Notes: generated from the sequence alone by a model not told the origin. A stretch of DNA of 64,000 bases from Pirellulaceae bacterium (GCA_041399045.1 JAWKTO010000016.1:10595-74594); one strand, 5' to 3'; shown: positions 1-9,572, counted from the first letter of the stretch. A program made the numbers and translations.

Positions 1-366
1 AATCCAATCGCCGCGATCAGTTGGCCAGCTCAGACCAAGGACGGCGATTCGAAGCGGCTTGCCACGATGTTCTCGCTGTATCGTGTGATGCACAAACTCG
101 CGTGAACGCACGACGCCGGGCACTGCGAGCGCGCGATGAACCAGGTTTCGCGGAACACGTGACACCTCGGCCATCGGACCGCGGGTGTCCTTTTGCACGA
201 GCCAAAGGTCTGCGTCAACGTTGTCGATGAGTTGCACGGCGTCATCGATGATGCCGCGATAGATGCCGCCCATTCCCATCACGATCATCAACAGCATACC
301 AACACCGACCGCAGTCAAGGCGAAGCGTCCGGGTTTGTGGCGAATGTCTTTAGCAGCCAGGTTCAT
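1..366 (-). CDS. ABC-type efflux permease (FtsX/MacB/DevC-like), N-terminal 122 aa only; gene runs off the window start
   Basis: My own reverse translation from the ATG at 366..364 gives MNLAAKDIRHKPGRFALTAVGVGMLLMIVMGMGGIYRGIIDDAVQLIDNVDADLWLVQKD... This is a cytoplasmic Arg/Lys-rich N-terminus, one TM helix, then a periplasmic domain, as in MacB-type permeases. The ATG overlaps the upstream adaptor-gene stop by 4 nt (ATGA). It is absent from the ORF track because there is no stop inside the window. Confidence 0.65.
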   Translation of the reverse strand, partial: MNLAAKDIRHKPGRFALTAVGVGMLLMIVMGMGGIYRGIIDDAVQLIDNVDADLWLVQKDTRGPMAEVSRVPRNLVHRALAVPGVVRSREFVHHTIQREHRGKPLRIAVLGLSWPTDRGDWI

Positions 367-1547
367 TTCGCGATCACCCTTCTGCCTTCGGCCAAGGACT
401 GTTGCTCGTTGACGGGCGCAACGATCTGATCGTCAGGCTCAAGTCCCGAGCGGACTTCACTAAAATCACGACCGCGGAGTCCAATTTCGACATCACGCCA
501 TGTGGCGACTCCCGCTTCGTCGACGTAGACGCCCAGCCGGTTGCCTTCGCGCTCCAGAAGGTCGTTGCGGATTCGCAAAACGTCAGCTGCAACTCCCGTT
601 TCGATGTATACTTCGGCGCGTTGACCAATAGCCCAATTCTCGGGGAGATCCAGTACCTGCACATCCACGACAAATTCTCGGGTCTCACGATCCGTTTCTT
701 TCGCAAGGCGTACGACTCTTCCGGGAAGCGGCGAATCCGGTGCGGAACGAAAGATCACTTCGGCTTTCTGTTCGGGATGGATCCCTGCCATTTCTGTTTC
801 GTCGACCCAAGCGTTGATCCAAAGTTCAGATGTCGAAATCAACTGCAAGACGGGGGCTCCGGGAACAACGACGTCACCCTGTTCGCGGTCGCGGCGAACA
901 ATCAGCCCTTCAAACGGAGCGTGGACGTGAGTGTCTTCCAGGCGGGTTTTTTGAAATTCAAGGCTGCGCTCGGAAACTACGAGAGCCTGTTGGCCTTCGA
1001 CAAGGGCCGCTTCCGCGCGGGCCTTGTCGGCGTCGGCAACGGCCAATGACTCGGCGGCCTTGTCCAGTTCCTCCCGGCTAACCGCTTTTTGTTCAACGAG
1101 CGAAACAATTCGGTCATGATTCGTCATCGACTGTTTGACGATGGCTTCGGTGCGTCGGACGTCTGCCTCCAGTCTTTGGATGGCAGCCTTGCGCGTTTCC
1201 AAATCGGCTTCGGCAATGGCAACCTGTTGTTCCAATTCGTCGCTATCCAATTCGACCAGCAAATCACCTGCTTTGACGCGCTCCCCCTGATCCACGAGCA
1301 CTTGTTTAATGCGCCCCGAGATTTTGGAACTGATTTGTGCTCGCGTGTGTGCTTCGAGCGTCCCCGTTCCCATCACCGCCGCGACGACAGAACCCGTTTC
1401 CAAGCGATGATTTTCGACCATCGTCGGCCGGGTTCGTAACCAAAAAATCCCACCACCGATCGCACTTGCCAAAATCAGGAACTTGATGGCCGTCCAGAGC
1501 CACGAAAGAAATACCGATTTTCGAACGGGCTTGGTTGATGAATTCAT
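363..1547 (-). CDS. HlyD/MacA-type periplasmic adaptor (membrane fusion protein) of an ABC efflux system
   Basis: ORF 363..1598. The likely start is the internal ATG at 1547 (MNSSTKPVRKSVFLSWLWTAIKFLILASAIGGG, a single TM anchor). It has a long coiled-coil segment (QQVAIAEADLETRKAAIQRLEADVRR...) and beta-barrel-like C-terminal parts typical of the HlyD_D23 architecture. It is translationally coupled to the downstream permease. Confidence 0.8.
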   Translation of the reverse strand: MNSSTKPVRKSVFLSWLWTAIKFLILASAIGGGIFWLRTRPTMVENHRLETGSVVAAVMGTGTLEAHTRAQISSKISGRIKQVLVDQGERVKAGDLLVELDSDELEQQVAIAEADLETRKAAIQRLEADVRRTEAIVKQSMTNHDRIVSLVEQKAVSREELDKAAESLAVADADKARAEAALVEGQQALVVSERSLEFQKTRLEDTHVHAPFEGLIVRRDREQGDVVVPGAPVLQLISTSELWINAWVDETEMAGIHPEQKAEVIFRSAPDSPLPGRVVRLAKETDRETREFVVDVQVLDLPENWAIGQRAEVYIETGVAADVLRIRNDLLEREGNRLGVYVDEAGVATWRDVEIGLRGRDFSEVRSGLEPDDQIVAPVNEQQSLAEGRRVIAK

Positions 1548-1774
1548 CACAGTCTCAGTACGTTGTTGGGTCGAGTAAAAATCGTTATGTCGGATCAAGG
1601 AGTATTACGCAAACAAAGGCAATGAACATGCCAATCCCCCAATTGGGTCATAATGGCCTAGCGGTGATAATGCACAAATGTTGGACCCATGGCCAAGTTC
1701 AATACTTCAGTGGGCAATATCGCACGACGTGTGCGTAACCGAGCAGTCTAACAAATGAATGAACCGGATTTGAA

Positions 1775-2242
1775 ATGAACGATGTGATTCATGTAATCGT
1801 GACCCATAAGTTGCCTTGCGAAACCGAACAGGCATTTCAGTTCTGGACCAAACCGCATTGGATTCGTCGTTGGATGGCGGGATCGCTGCGCCAGATGGGG
1901 TTGCCTGGCGATGTGCAAACTGTGGAAGTTACCTCGGGGCTAGGCGGTTCGTTTTGTTTTTCGGATCGTCGCGACATGGGCGAGGTCTTTCACTGGGGAA
2001 CTTACACGGTATGGGACGAACCGAGTCAATTGGCATTCACATGGAACGCAGATCTAAAGTGGGAGCCCGAAATTGACGATGCGACATCACTCGTAACAAT
2101 CAAATTCGATCAGGTTGAAGGTGGCTGTGAAATCGAGTTGGTTCATCAAATGGATTCACAGTGGGTCGAGTATGAAGAACGCACCAAGAAAGGTTGGACC
2201 AGTATGCTGGAAAGCATCCGTGATCTAATAAATTCACCTTAA
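1775..2242 (+). CDS. SRPBCC/AHSA1 (activator of Hsp90 ATPase homolog 1-like) domain protein
   Basis: 155-aa ORF. The pattern FxFWTKPHWIRRWM...GGSFCF...FHWGTYTVWDEP..LAFTW....VTIKF......EIELVH......EYEERTKKGWTSMLESI is typical of bacterial Aha1/START-like SRPBCC proteins. Confidence 0.7.
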   Translation: MNDVIHVIVTHKLPCETEQAFQFWTKPHWIRRWMAGSLRQMGLPGDVQTVEVTSGLGGSFCFSDRRDMGEVFHWGTYTVWDEPSQLAFTWNADLKWEPEIDDATSLVTIKFDQVEGGCEIELVHQMDSQWVEYEERTKKGWTSMLESIRDLINSP

Positions 2243-2259
2243 AACGGGTTCCTGGATTC

Positions 2260-2598
2260 ATGAGTGATAGACCAATTCTCAACAAGTCTGCTTCGGAAGG
2301 AGTTCAACACGTTGGACAGGAATCGAATGGCATGGAGAACCCGTACGAATGCCCTCAATCGATTCATGATGAAGGCCACTGGTCAACGCTACGATCATTT
2401 TCATTCATAGCCTGTTCGCTAATGACCGTAGCGACGATTGCCTTTTGGTTTTATTTTGAATTTGTGAATAGGGTTGCGCCAAAAGAAATCCATATTGGAC
2501 ATTGGCGCAATGTCGCATTTGCAACCAGCGTACTTTCTGCAATTGCAACCTATTGCCTCTACGCGTATAAGCCAGAAGAAGTGGAATCGACGCGTTAG
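2260..2598 (+). CDS. hypothetical membrane protein (two predicted TM helices)
   Basis: 112-aa ORF starting 17 nt after the preceding gene. Two hydrophobic stretches are present (FSFIACSLMTVATIAFWFYF; VAFATSVLSAIATYCLYAY). I recognise no family. Confidence 0.4.
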   Translation: MSDRPILNKSASEGVQHVGQESNGMENPYECPQSIHDEGHWSTLRSFSFIACSLMTVATIAFWFYFEFVNRVAPKEIHIGHWRNVAFATSVLSAIATYCLYAYKPEEVESTR

Positions 2599-2621
2599 CT
2601 TACTGAGCCCATTGCACCGTG

Positions 2622-4373
2622 TTACTTTCGAACGTACGGTTTGCCGGATTCGAATAGAGCCTTTCTTTCTAGGAGGTCATTGCGATCCCGTGCGTCTTCT
2701 TGTTCCAATGCGCGGCGAATCATTTCGACTGCTTTATCGAATTCGCCATTCGAAGCAAAGGCAGTCGCAAGCGTGTCGATGACCAAACCAGATTTCCACT
2801 CCGTCAATTCACAGGCCTTCGTCGCCAATATCGATCCTTGCGTTGGGATCTCTCAGGTCATCCTCTGGCACGGTTGCCAATGCCCACGCCAGGTCGTTAT
2901 GGAATGTGCTGTTATTGCCGTTCATCGCGACGGCATTTTTCAGATCGGCAATAGCGGCCTTCCATTCCTTCTTGCGGCACTCAAGACATTGGACCGGTTG
3001 TAGTAGACGACGTCAGAATGCACGCCACGCTCGACCAGGGAGTTGTAGTCCGCCAACGCCTCGTCATCGCGTTGTTGCATTTCGTAAGGGTGGCGCGGCG
3101 ATAGCGTGAAAAGTGACTTTCCGGGTCCATTTCCAAAGCCTTGCTAAAATCGGCCAACGCTGCGTCATAGTTTCCAGCATTTTTGGTATGCCTCACCACC
3201 TCGCCGAACAAACGCCATCGTTTTAGGGTCGAGATCGACCACTTGATTGAGCACGTCTATGGCCTCATTGAATCGTTGGGCACCCATCAAGGAAGTGGCA
3301 CGGTGGAAACAGCAAAAACGGTCGATGCTCTTCGGACAGTTCCATTGCTCGGTCGAGGTCGCGTATGGCATCGTCCCACCGCTCGAGGTTTTCGTACATC
3401 ACGCCACGGTTGATAAAGACGGGTTGTTGATCGGGGAATCGTTCTGCTAAGTCATTCCATGATTGAAAGAGACTCGTCCGTACGTCCCAAGTCTCGAAGC
3501 AAGATCGCGCGATTAACATGTTCGGCAAAATCGTTCGGGACAAGTTTCAAATACTCAGTCAGATCGTTAACAACATCGTCAAATTTAATGAGAAATTGAT
3601 TTGCGATCGGGCTCTGACCATTCAGGTTGTCCGGAATATTCTCGATCTGTTTTGTTGCGAATTCCAATGCTTGTTCGAGATTCCCCTGTTGGATATCGAT
3701 ATCGACAAGTTGTTTGTAGACAACGGAAAGGCTCGGGTTGAGTTCCAAGGCCTTGAGCAGGTCCTGGCGAGCTTCTTTTGATTTGCCGGAATTGCGGAAG
3801 CAAAGTGCGCGTGCTATAGAAGACTGCGTTTCCGGGTGATTTCTCGATCAAGGTGCCGAAGTCATTACAAGCGTTTCGAATCGTGCCAATTGCATCAAAC
3901 TGCCGGCACGCTCATTCAAGTAACTGATATTTTCCGGATCGCCTTCCAGGAGTTTGTTGAATATCTCTACAGCCTCTTGATGTTTTTGCAAATGCGCATG
4001 TGTCAACGCTTCAGCAAATTTCCATTTCGATTCACCGTCACCCGTATTCGCGGATTTCTCGTGGAAGTAATCAAGGGCAGCTTCAGGTAATTTGACACTT
4101 TTGGCATTGAGCCAACCGGTTTGCATGTGCGTGCACATCAAAAGCGTTTCAGCATCGCCGGTCTCGTCATTAGCGACTGTCTTGATCGCTTGAATCTCCA
4201 AAGGAAGACCGGGCCAGACTGAAACTGAAGCACCAGCATCTGCTTGCAGCATGGTATCTTCGGTGACGATTACAAATGAACCGATTTTTGAACTCCTGGC
4301 CAACCACTGAACCAGCAACTTGAAATAGTAGTACGACCAAAATCAAACGCAGGGAACTGAGTGAAGTTTTTCA
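2622..4373 (-). pseudogene. secreted TPR-repeat protein, reading frame broken at least 8 times (pseudogene or clustered sequence errors)
   Basis: Consecutive minus-strand ORFs 3848..4318, 3452..3748, 3265..3543, 3165..3371, 2981..3211 and 2622..2828 all read as TPR-like helical repeats, for example GNLEQALEFATKQIE, RWDDAIRDLDRAMEL, RFNEAIDVLNQVVDLDP, GNYDAALADFSKALEMDP and GEFDKAVEMIRRALEQ. They lie in different frames. The ATG at 4373 gives MKNFT, and the signal-peptide-like LRLILVVLLFQVAGSVVGQ follows in another frame. Confidence 0.7.
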
Positions 4374-4518
4374 TGATCGTCTCCAATTCAATCGCTAATG
4401 ATGGCAGGAATTTCAAATTGACCTTCCACACTATTGATTGTATCAGAACGCGTCGCTAAGTATCCAAGCAGTGAATCTCGCCCCTCCTTGGGCGGGACCA
4501 TTCCAGGAGGTCGTCAGA

Positions 4519-6540
4519 CTATTTCACTTGAAGCCGCTCGAATGTTACCCAGACGTCTGAATTGGGAAACTGCATTTCCAGTTTGTCACCGGACCAGCGG
4601 ATGTTTTGAGCGTATTTTCCTGCATCGGTATCGAACATTAACTGTTTGCCGTTGTCGCTCCAGCTGCCGACTTCTTCGGAGTCTTCGGTCGAACCATCGT
4701 TATGGGTAACCGTCATGATGAAGTAGTAATCGCCATTCGGTTTGAAACGTTGAATTCCGTTTAGTCGCTCGCCATTGACAACCGCTTCCATTTTCCAATC
4801 GCCAATGTAAGGACTGACCGGTGCCGCATCGTTTTCAACCTGTGTATTGGAATTCTGGTTTTCCGGCTGGGAATCCATCTGTTGTTCCGGTTGCGTTTCG
4901 GGAGTTGTGTTTTCTGCAACTCGTTCAGGTGCCGGCAAAGAATCCAGGTTGTATCCCCATTTGACGAAAATGTCTTCGCTGACGGATGGCAAATCAAGGG
5001 AGCGAATGTCCTGTTCACTTCGCAGCGATTCGATGTCGACCAGCATGATCAATCCGTTCTCCTGTGCCTCGGCCAGCGTCTTGTTGCCTTCTTCAACGGC
5101 CTCTTCAAACGTGTTGGTTCCAATTCGAGTCGATTCAATCGCCAACTTGGTACCGTTGGGTAATTCAACGACAGGGAAGGCATGGCCCGGGATGATCGCG
5201 ATGTAGGGCTTCAAGCCCACAGCCTCGGCGGCACTGGCCCAGAGAATCGAAAGATCAATACAGGTTCCAGCGCGGTTCCGCAGCACATCGCGCCCGTATT
5301 TGACGTGCTGACCGAAATGATTACCAACGTTCAGTGTCGGTGGGGTCTGGTATGACAAGTGGTTTGCCTGCAAGGTCAACCACATCGTGTTCAGAAAAAT
5401 CACGGCATGCTCTGGGTTGCCCGATGAGTTTGGGCCACCTGCCAACGCACTGATGCGTCCAGCAAACTGTTGCATGACGGGGTCGGTGCCCGAGGTGAAG
5501 GCGGTAACGATTGCGGGGGCAAGGTCGTAACGCTCAAACCAATTGAGTACGTCGTTGTCTTCACGAGTTGCATAGAACACTTCGTTGCGTGAAAGGATCT
5601 GAATCCGACGTGCATCGGTTTCTTCATAGGTCTCACCGTCTTCGGTCGTATACTCAAACTCGGTTTCAATCATGGCATGACGAGTGCCTGTCAGCTCCGC
5701 AAGGCGATCCACGTCCATAACCGGATAGAAATAGTCAAGCACTTCCTGTCCAGGATAAACGACACGGCAGCGTTTCCATGGGCTCCAGCTACTATAGCCA
5801 TCAATGCGGAAACGAACTTTGTAGTCGTAAATTTTCTGATCGCCCTTGTTTGAAAAGATGTTTTTAGCAGCAAATAGATCAGATTGCTCGACTCCATACA
5901 GTTTGGCCAAACTGCTCATGAACTGTTCGCGAACAATCAAGTCGCTGCGAACCTCGGGTTGATCACCGTAGTTCAGTTCGGGTTCAAAGTCGTAATTCAA
6001 ACTGCCACGTGAAGTGTCGAATTCAATGTTCTTCGCTCCGGCCGGTAGTACAATTCGCGTGTACATTCGCATCATGCCAACGCCCGGGTCGGTAATCATC
6101 GCAAACGTCAGTGTGTTGTCTTCGATGTCCAGAAGTTCCATGGCTCCATGAGGCGCATCGATTTGATAAGTCCACCGACCGTCAGCGACCGTCCGCAACA
6201 TCCCAACCGCTTCGCAGTCCGCAATCACACTGCAATTGGGATCATCAAAGCGTGCATCGATTTTCTTGATCTCCAGCCAGCTGGCACTTGATTCCATCGA
6301 ACGAATGACGTGAAAGGCGTCACCAAAGACCTCCTTCATACCGGCATAAACCACGTCCGGCATCTTCAGGTCGAAATTCACGTCGGTTTTGCCAACTGGA
6401 TCGACCGTGACTGTCATCATCAGGCGAGCGGTGTTCAAGTCCTGAGCCCAGACCGGGCGAAGGCCAAACAGAGAAACGAAAAAAATGATCGCCAGACATC
6501 GGCGAATCATCGTGTTGGGGGTGATTGATTGGGCGAACAT
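4519..6540 (-). CDS. secreted transglutaminase/papain-like fold protein with intact Cys-His pair and a C-terminal lipocalin-like domain
   Basis: ORF 4519..6591. The likely start is ATG 6540, with signal peptide MIRRCLAIIFFVSLFGLRPVWAQ. The motif RNRAGTCIDLSILWASAAEAVGLKPYIAIIPGHAFPVVELPNG..LAIEST has a Cys codon at 5262..5260 and a His codon at 5184..5182. A Q/E/N/T-rich linker precedes the C-terminal DWKMEAV...GSWSDNGKQLMFD...KLEMQF beta-domain. It is paralogous to 6788..8392. Confidence 0.6.
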   Translation of the reverse strand: MFAQSITPNTMIRRCLAIIFFVSLFGLRPVWAQDLNTARLMMTVTVDPVGKTDVNFDLKMPDVVYAGMKEVFGDAFHVIRSMESSASWLEIKKIDARFDDPNCSVIADCEAVGMLRTVADGRWTYQIDAPHGAMELLDIEDNTLTFAMITDPGVGMMRMYTRIVLPAGAKNIEFDTSRGSLNYDFEPELNYGDQPEVRSDLIVREQFMSSLAKLYGVEQSDLFAAKNIFSNKGDQKIYDYKVRFRIDGYSSWSPWKRCRVVYPGQEVLDYFYPVMDVDRLAELTGTRHAMIETEFEYTTEDGETYEETDARRIQILSRNEVFYATREDNDVLNWFERYDLAPAIVTAFTSGTDPVMQQFAGRISALAGGPNSSGNPEHAVIFLNTMWLTLQANHLSYQTPPTLNVGNHFGQHVKYGRDVLRNRAGTCIDLSILWASAAEAVGLKPYIAIIPGHAFPVVELPNGTKLAIESTRIGTNTFEEAVEEGNKTLAEAQENGLIMLVDIESLRSEQDIRSLDLPSVSEDIFVKWGYNLDSLPAPERVAENTTPETQPEQQMDSQPENQNSNTQVENDAAPVSPYIGDWKMEAVVNGERLNGIQRFKPNGDYYFIMTVTHNDGSTEDSEEVGSWSDNGKQLMFDTDAGKYAQNIRWSGDKLEMQFPNSDVWVTFERLQVK

Positions 6541-6787
6541 TTCTGACTCCTGGCAACGTTTGTTGATTGATGTGTATGTGTCCTGTACCACCCAAAACTC
6601 GGGCTGTGACAGCAGAGTCGAAGCCTTTTGGGGCGAAAAAACGGCAGATTCTGCTTCCCTGCTATGTCGCCAGATGCAGATCTGCCGTTATCGGGGGAAG
6701 GGATTTCCTGGGAAATCAGCAACGCGAAATATCGTTGCGAATTCCAATACGGTTCAACCTTCTATCCAAATGCAAGCAATTGACCAA

Positions 6788-8392
6788 TTAGTTATTGTCG
6801 TTTTCAACGGGAAGTGGCTCGAACGTAAGCTTCTGGTTCGCCAGAAAGTCATCTTCCACGCGTGACAATTCGATGGCTCGAACTCCGTACGTTTCCATGG
6901 CAGCGACGTCGATCAAGAAATACTCGTCCGAATTCAGGGCTGTTTGATAGCGATCCGATCCAGAGGCATAGGCATCGTCCAGCGTTTTCCCTTGGCCGTG
7001 CATCTCGACAGCGATTGGAATTTTGGCCCCGTTGGGTAACTCAATCACAGCGATTGCGTCGGTTGGAGTTACGAGAATCGAAGCACTCAATCCCACCGCT
7101 TTGGCGGTTGAAGCCCAAAAAATGGCAAAGTCCAACGGCGTACCCGAACGGTCAACCAGCAGATCACGTGGAAAACGAATCGTTTCGTCAAAGGCCCCGG
7201 CGTGTTTCTCAACAGCAATGCCGTTGTCTTCTACGAATTTCCAAATCGCGTAAAGGTAATTAGCAGCCTCTTTAGGGTCGTACGAACTGGAGGCACCGTG
7301 TGCCATTCCACTTATCCGTCCCGCCAGTTGCTGCACCACCGATTCATTGGAATTGCAGAACGCGGCAACAATGATAGGCAGGTTTTCGTGTTGAGTGCCC
7401 CAAGTGACTTCCTTTTGTTCCATGGAATTGCTGCCAAAAAAGACTTCGTTGCGCGGAAGCAGTTCAATGTCGTGCGTGTCTTTCTCTTGGACTTTGTTCC
7501 CCTCAGCATCAATATATTCATATTCAGCGATGACAGACGCCGTTTTGCGACCCTGAAGCTGATTGAGTTCGTCGATGTCCAACACCGGAAAGAAACCTTC
7601 GACAACGGTTTGGCCCGGATAAACGATGGCCGAGCGATTCCATTGACTCCAGCTACTCAGCCCTTCGATCTGGTAGCGAACCTGAAAGCGAGTGATGGGT
7701 TCGTCGCCTTGATTTTGAAAGATCGAACGAGCCGTCCAAAACGTTGTAAAGGCGTCATTGCTGTAGATTTTCGAAAGTGCGGTCATCAAAGTCGGTTTGG
7801 CCTCCAACGACCATTTCTTGCTGTTTTCTTTAATGGACTCGCTATTGGCAGGAACATGTTCGAATGAAACGGTTGCCGATTTTTCATCAAACGCAACATG
7901 CTCCGTGCCGGCGACAAAATTTACGGAGATCGTGGCACTCATCGGACCCCAATCGGATGCGTCAGCGGTGTGAATGACGACGCGATCGTTTCGACAGGTT
8001 ATCAACTCCAATGTGCCGGGCTTCGCTCGACTTTTGATTTCCCATTTCCCCGACTCAATCGACTTCGCCATCCCCGACTGCTCCAACTCAACGACAATAC
8101 GCGTGTTGGCATCGTCGTAGTGGCAATCGACGATTTCAACGTCTCGCCAATCAAGAGAACTGGTGAAGCCCATAAGCAAACGTAGTGGATCTCCCGTTGC
8201 GGCCTTCACCTCGGCGTAATGCGCCGGCGAAAACGTGTAGGTGCGCGTGATTTTGGCGTCACCAACCTCGTTCAATTCATAATGGTCACGGAAGCGGACA
8301 ACCTCATCGCCTGGCTCCAACGCGTGCACATTTTGCCAGCCAAAAATGAGTGCAACAAAGATCAGGATTTTGGTTGTGATCGAAACTGACAT
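6788..8392 (-). CDS. secreted paralogue of 4519..6540 lacking the Cys and His of the transglutaminase-like motif (predicted non-catalytic)
   Basis: ORF 6788..8521. The likely start is ATG 8392 (MSVSITTKILIFVALIFGWQNVHA). The two proteins are clearly collinear: FQVRYQIEGLSSWSQWNRSAIVYPGQ aligns with YKVRFRIDGYSSWSPWKRCRVVYPGQ. The equivalent motif reads DRSGTPLDFAIFWASTAKAVGLSASILVTPTDAIAVIELPNG, with Pro at 7138..7136 replacing Cys and Asp at 7060..7058 replacing His. Confidence 0.6.
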   Translation of the reverse strand: MSVSITTKILIFVALIFGWQNVHALEPGDEVVRFRDHYELNEVGDAKITRTYTFSPAHYAEVKAATGDPLRLLMGFTSSLDWRDVEIVDCHYDDANTRIVVELEQSGMAKSIESGKWEIKSRAKPGTLELITCRNDRVVIHTADASDWGPMSATISVNFVAGTEHVAFDEKSATVSFEHVPANSESIKENSKKWSLEAKPTLMTALSKIYSNDAFTTFWTARSIFQNQGDEPITRFQVRYQIEGLSSWSQWNRSAIVYPGQTVVEGFFPVLDIDELNQLQGRKTASVIAEYEYIDAEGNKVQEKDTHDIELLPRNEVFFGSNSMEQKEVTWGTQHENLPIIVAAFCNSNESVVQQLAGRISGMAHGASSSYDPKEAANYLYAIWKFVEDNGIAVEKHAGAFDETIRFPRDLLVDRSGTPLDFAIFWASTAKAVGLSASILVTPTDAIAVIELPNGAKIPIAVEMHGQGKTLDDAYASGSDRYQTALNSDEYFLIDVAAMETYGVRAIELSRVEDDFLANQKLTFEPLPVENDNN

Positions 8393-8393
8393 G

Positions 8394-8717
8394 TTATTTT
8401 CCTTGTTTGATATCGTTCGAAATATCAATATCGAACGAATGATGAATATCAAATGGGTTGTTGTTCGAGTCGTTTTTGTTTGCGATTTCGTCGGACGATG
8501 GTTGGGCAACCGAAACAGCATCGTCGGAAACGTTTTGTTGAGCTGGGGAGATGACGACTTTCAATTCAACTACCAAATATTTTTTGGCGTCGCACCAGGT
8601 CCGTTCGACTTTGGCCACTGCACCCTGAACCTTGGCGTGAATCTGTCCGGCTGCAAAAAGCAAGCTCCAGATGGAAACCAAGGCAATGGCAAATAATTGG
8701 GTCAATGAAGAGGTCAT
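8394..8717 (-). CDS. small secreted hypothetical protein
   Basis: 107-aa ORF with a signal-peptide-like N-terminus (MTSSLTQLFAIALVSIWSLLFAAGQIHA). Its stop (8396..8394) lies 1 nt from the ATG of the downstream paralogue gene, suggesting co-transcription. Confidence 0.45.
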   Translation of the reverse strand: MTSSLTQLFAIALVSIWSLLFAAGQIHAKVQGAVAKVERTWCDAKKYLVVELKVVISPAQQNVSDDAVSVAQPSSDEIANKNDSNNNPFDIHHSFDIDISNDIKQGK

Positions 8718-8899
8718 TTCAATTTGACGAAAAAGGGTAATGCGAAAAAAGACTTTTGGACGCCTTCCATACCGGTGACCCTTTTGCGTGTGACAGCTAA
8801 GGCCAGAAATAAAGGAAATCGGCGGTTTTTGGCGTTTTCTTGCTTGAGAGCCTTGCCCGACTCTACGCTAGGTATCGCGTGGGGAGGAAGTATTCCATG

Positions 8900-8923
8900 C
8901 AAACAAGGGTCACGCAAAGTCGC
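8900..8923. repeat. dispersed intergenic repeat core (reverse complement of TTGCGGCTTGGCGACTTTGCGTGA)
   Basis: The reverse complement of 8900..8923 matches 29907..29930 (TTGCGGCTTGGCGGCTTTGCGTGA) at 23 of 24 positions. Both copies lie in gene-free gaps. Confidence 0.6.
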
Positions 8924-9116
8924 CAAGCCGCAATGAAGAAGACGCTGTTGTTTTCGACGAGTAGAACGTTGAGTTGGTCTTGGACGACCTTGAGTTGGTA
9001 GTGGACGAGGCGACGAGTCCCTGAACTCGGCATACAACTAGCAACTCGTAGCCTCCACTACATTGAGGCAGGGAAACAAAATCTCCAAGATTCCTCGACA
9101 GCGTTGAACGGTAGTT

Positions 9117-9572
9117 CTAACTGCGAGGTTCCAGAAAACTCAAATGATGTGCCGCGTGGGCGGCGTGAAATGCCTCAAACTCAGAATGAGACATGTTTCC
9201 GAAGCCGGGATGGGCATGAAGTTTGCGGTCGTGACCCATGAAGCGGTCGATACAGGCTGCCAGTGCGTCGACCTCTTCCCGATCTCCATCGGTTTGCAAG
9301 GGTACAAACATCCCAGCCGTGCGAATGCCCGCAGGGGATTGACCACCTAACAAACGCGGCAACAACAAACGCCGCAGGATAGGGCGCAAGGGGTAACCCA
9401 GGATCGTCATCCATTTGGGGTACCCCATGATGTTTGCTTCAATCGTCAACCTCAGGTGCTGACAGATCTGACCCAACGTCCAATTTCCGTTTTGCCGATA
9501 ACCTGCCTGAAGTAAGTGATGGCATTCATCAATGACTTCGTCGAGTCGGGCGAACTGGATGTTTCGTCTCAA
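9117..9572 (-). CDS. DinB-superfamily protein (DUF1569-like)
   Basis: 151-aa ORF. The motifs ECHHLL....NWTLGQICQHL and the C-terminal HPGFGNMSHSEFEAFHAAHAAHHLSF match the DinB/DUF1569 four-helix-bundle His-triad pattern. It overlaps the upstream gene by 4 nt. Confidence 0.6.
   Translation of the reverse strand: MRRNIQFARLDEVIDECHHLLQAGYRQNGNWTLGQICQHLRLTIEANIMGYPKWMTILGYPLRPILRRLLLPRLLGGQSPAGIRTAGMFVPLQTDGDREEVDALAACIDRFMGHDRKLHAHPGFGNMSHSEFEAFHAAHAAHHLSFLEPRS

Noticed and set aside
402-1049. 215-aa plus-strand ORF, with similar ORFs at 830..1081 and 1089..1439, antisense to the HlyD-type adaptor gene
   Set aside because: These are shadow ORFs on the opposite strand of a well-supported CDS. 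Their composition is Arg/Gly-rich and no motifs are present.
8714-9037. ORFs 8714..9037 (-) and 8724..8936 (+) in the gap downstream of the DinB-like gene
   Set aside because: They overlap each other and cover a dispersed repeat whose other copy gives a similar pseudo-peptide. They are more likely a non-coding repeat than a gene.
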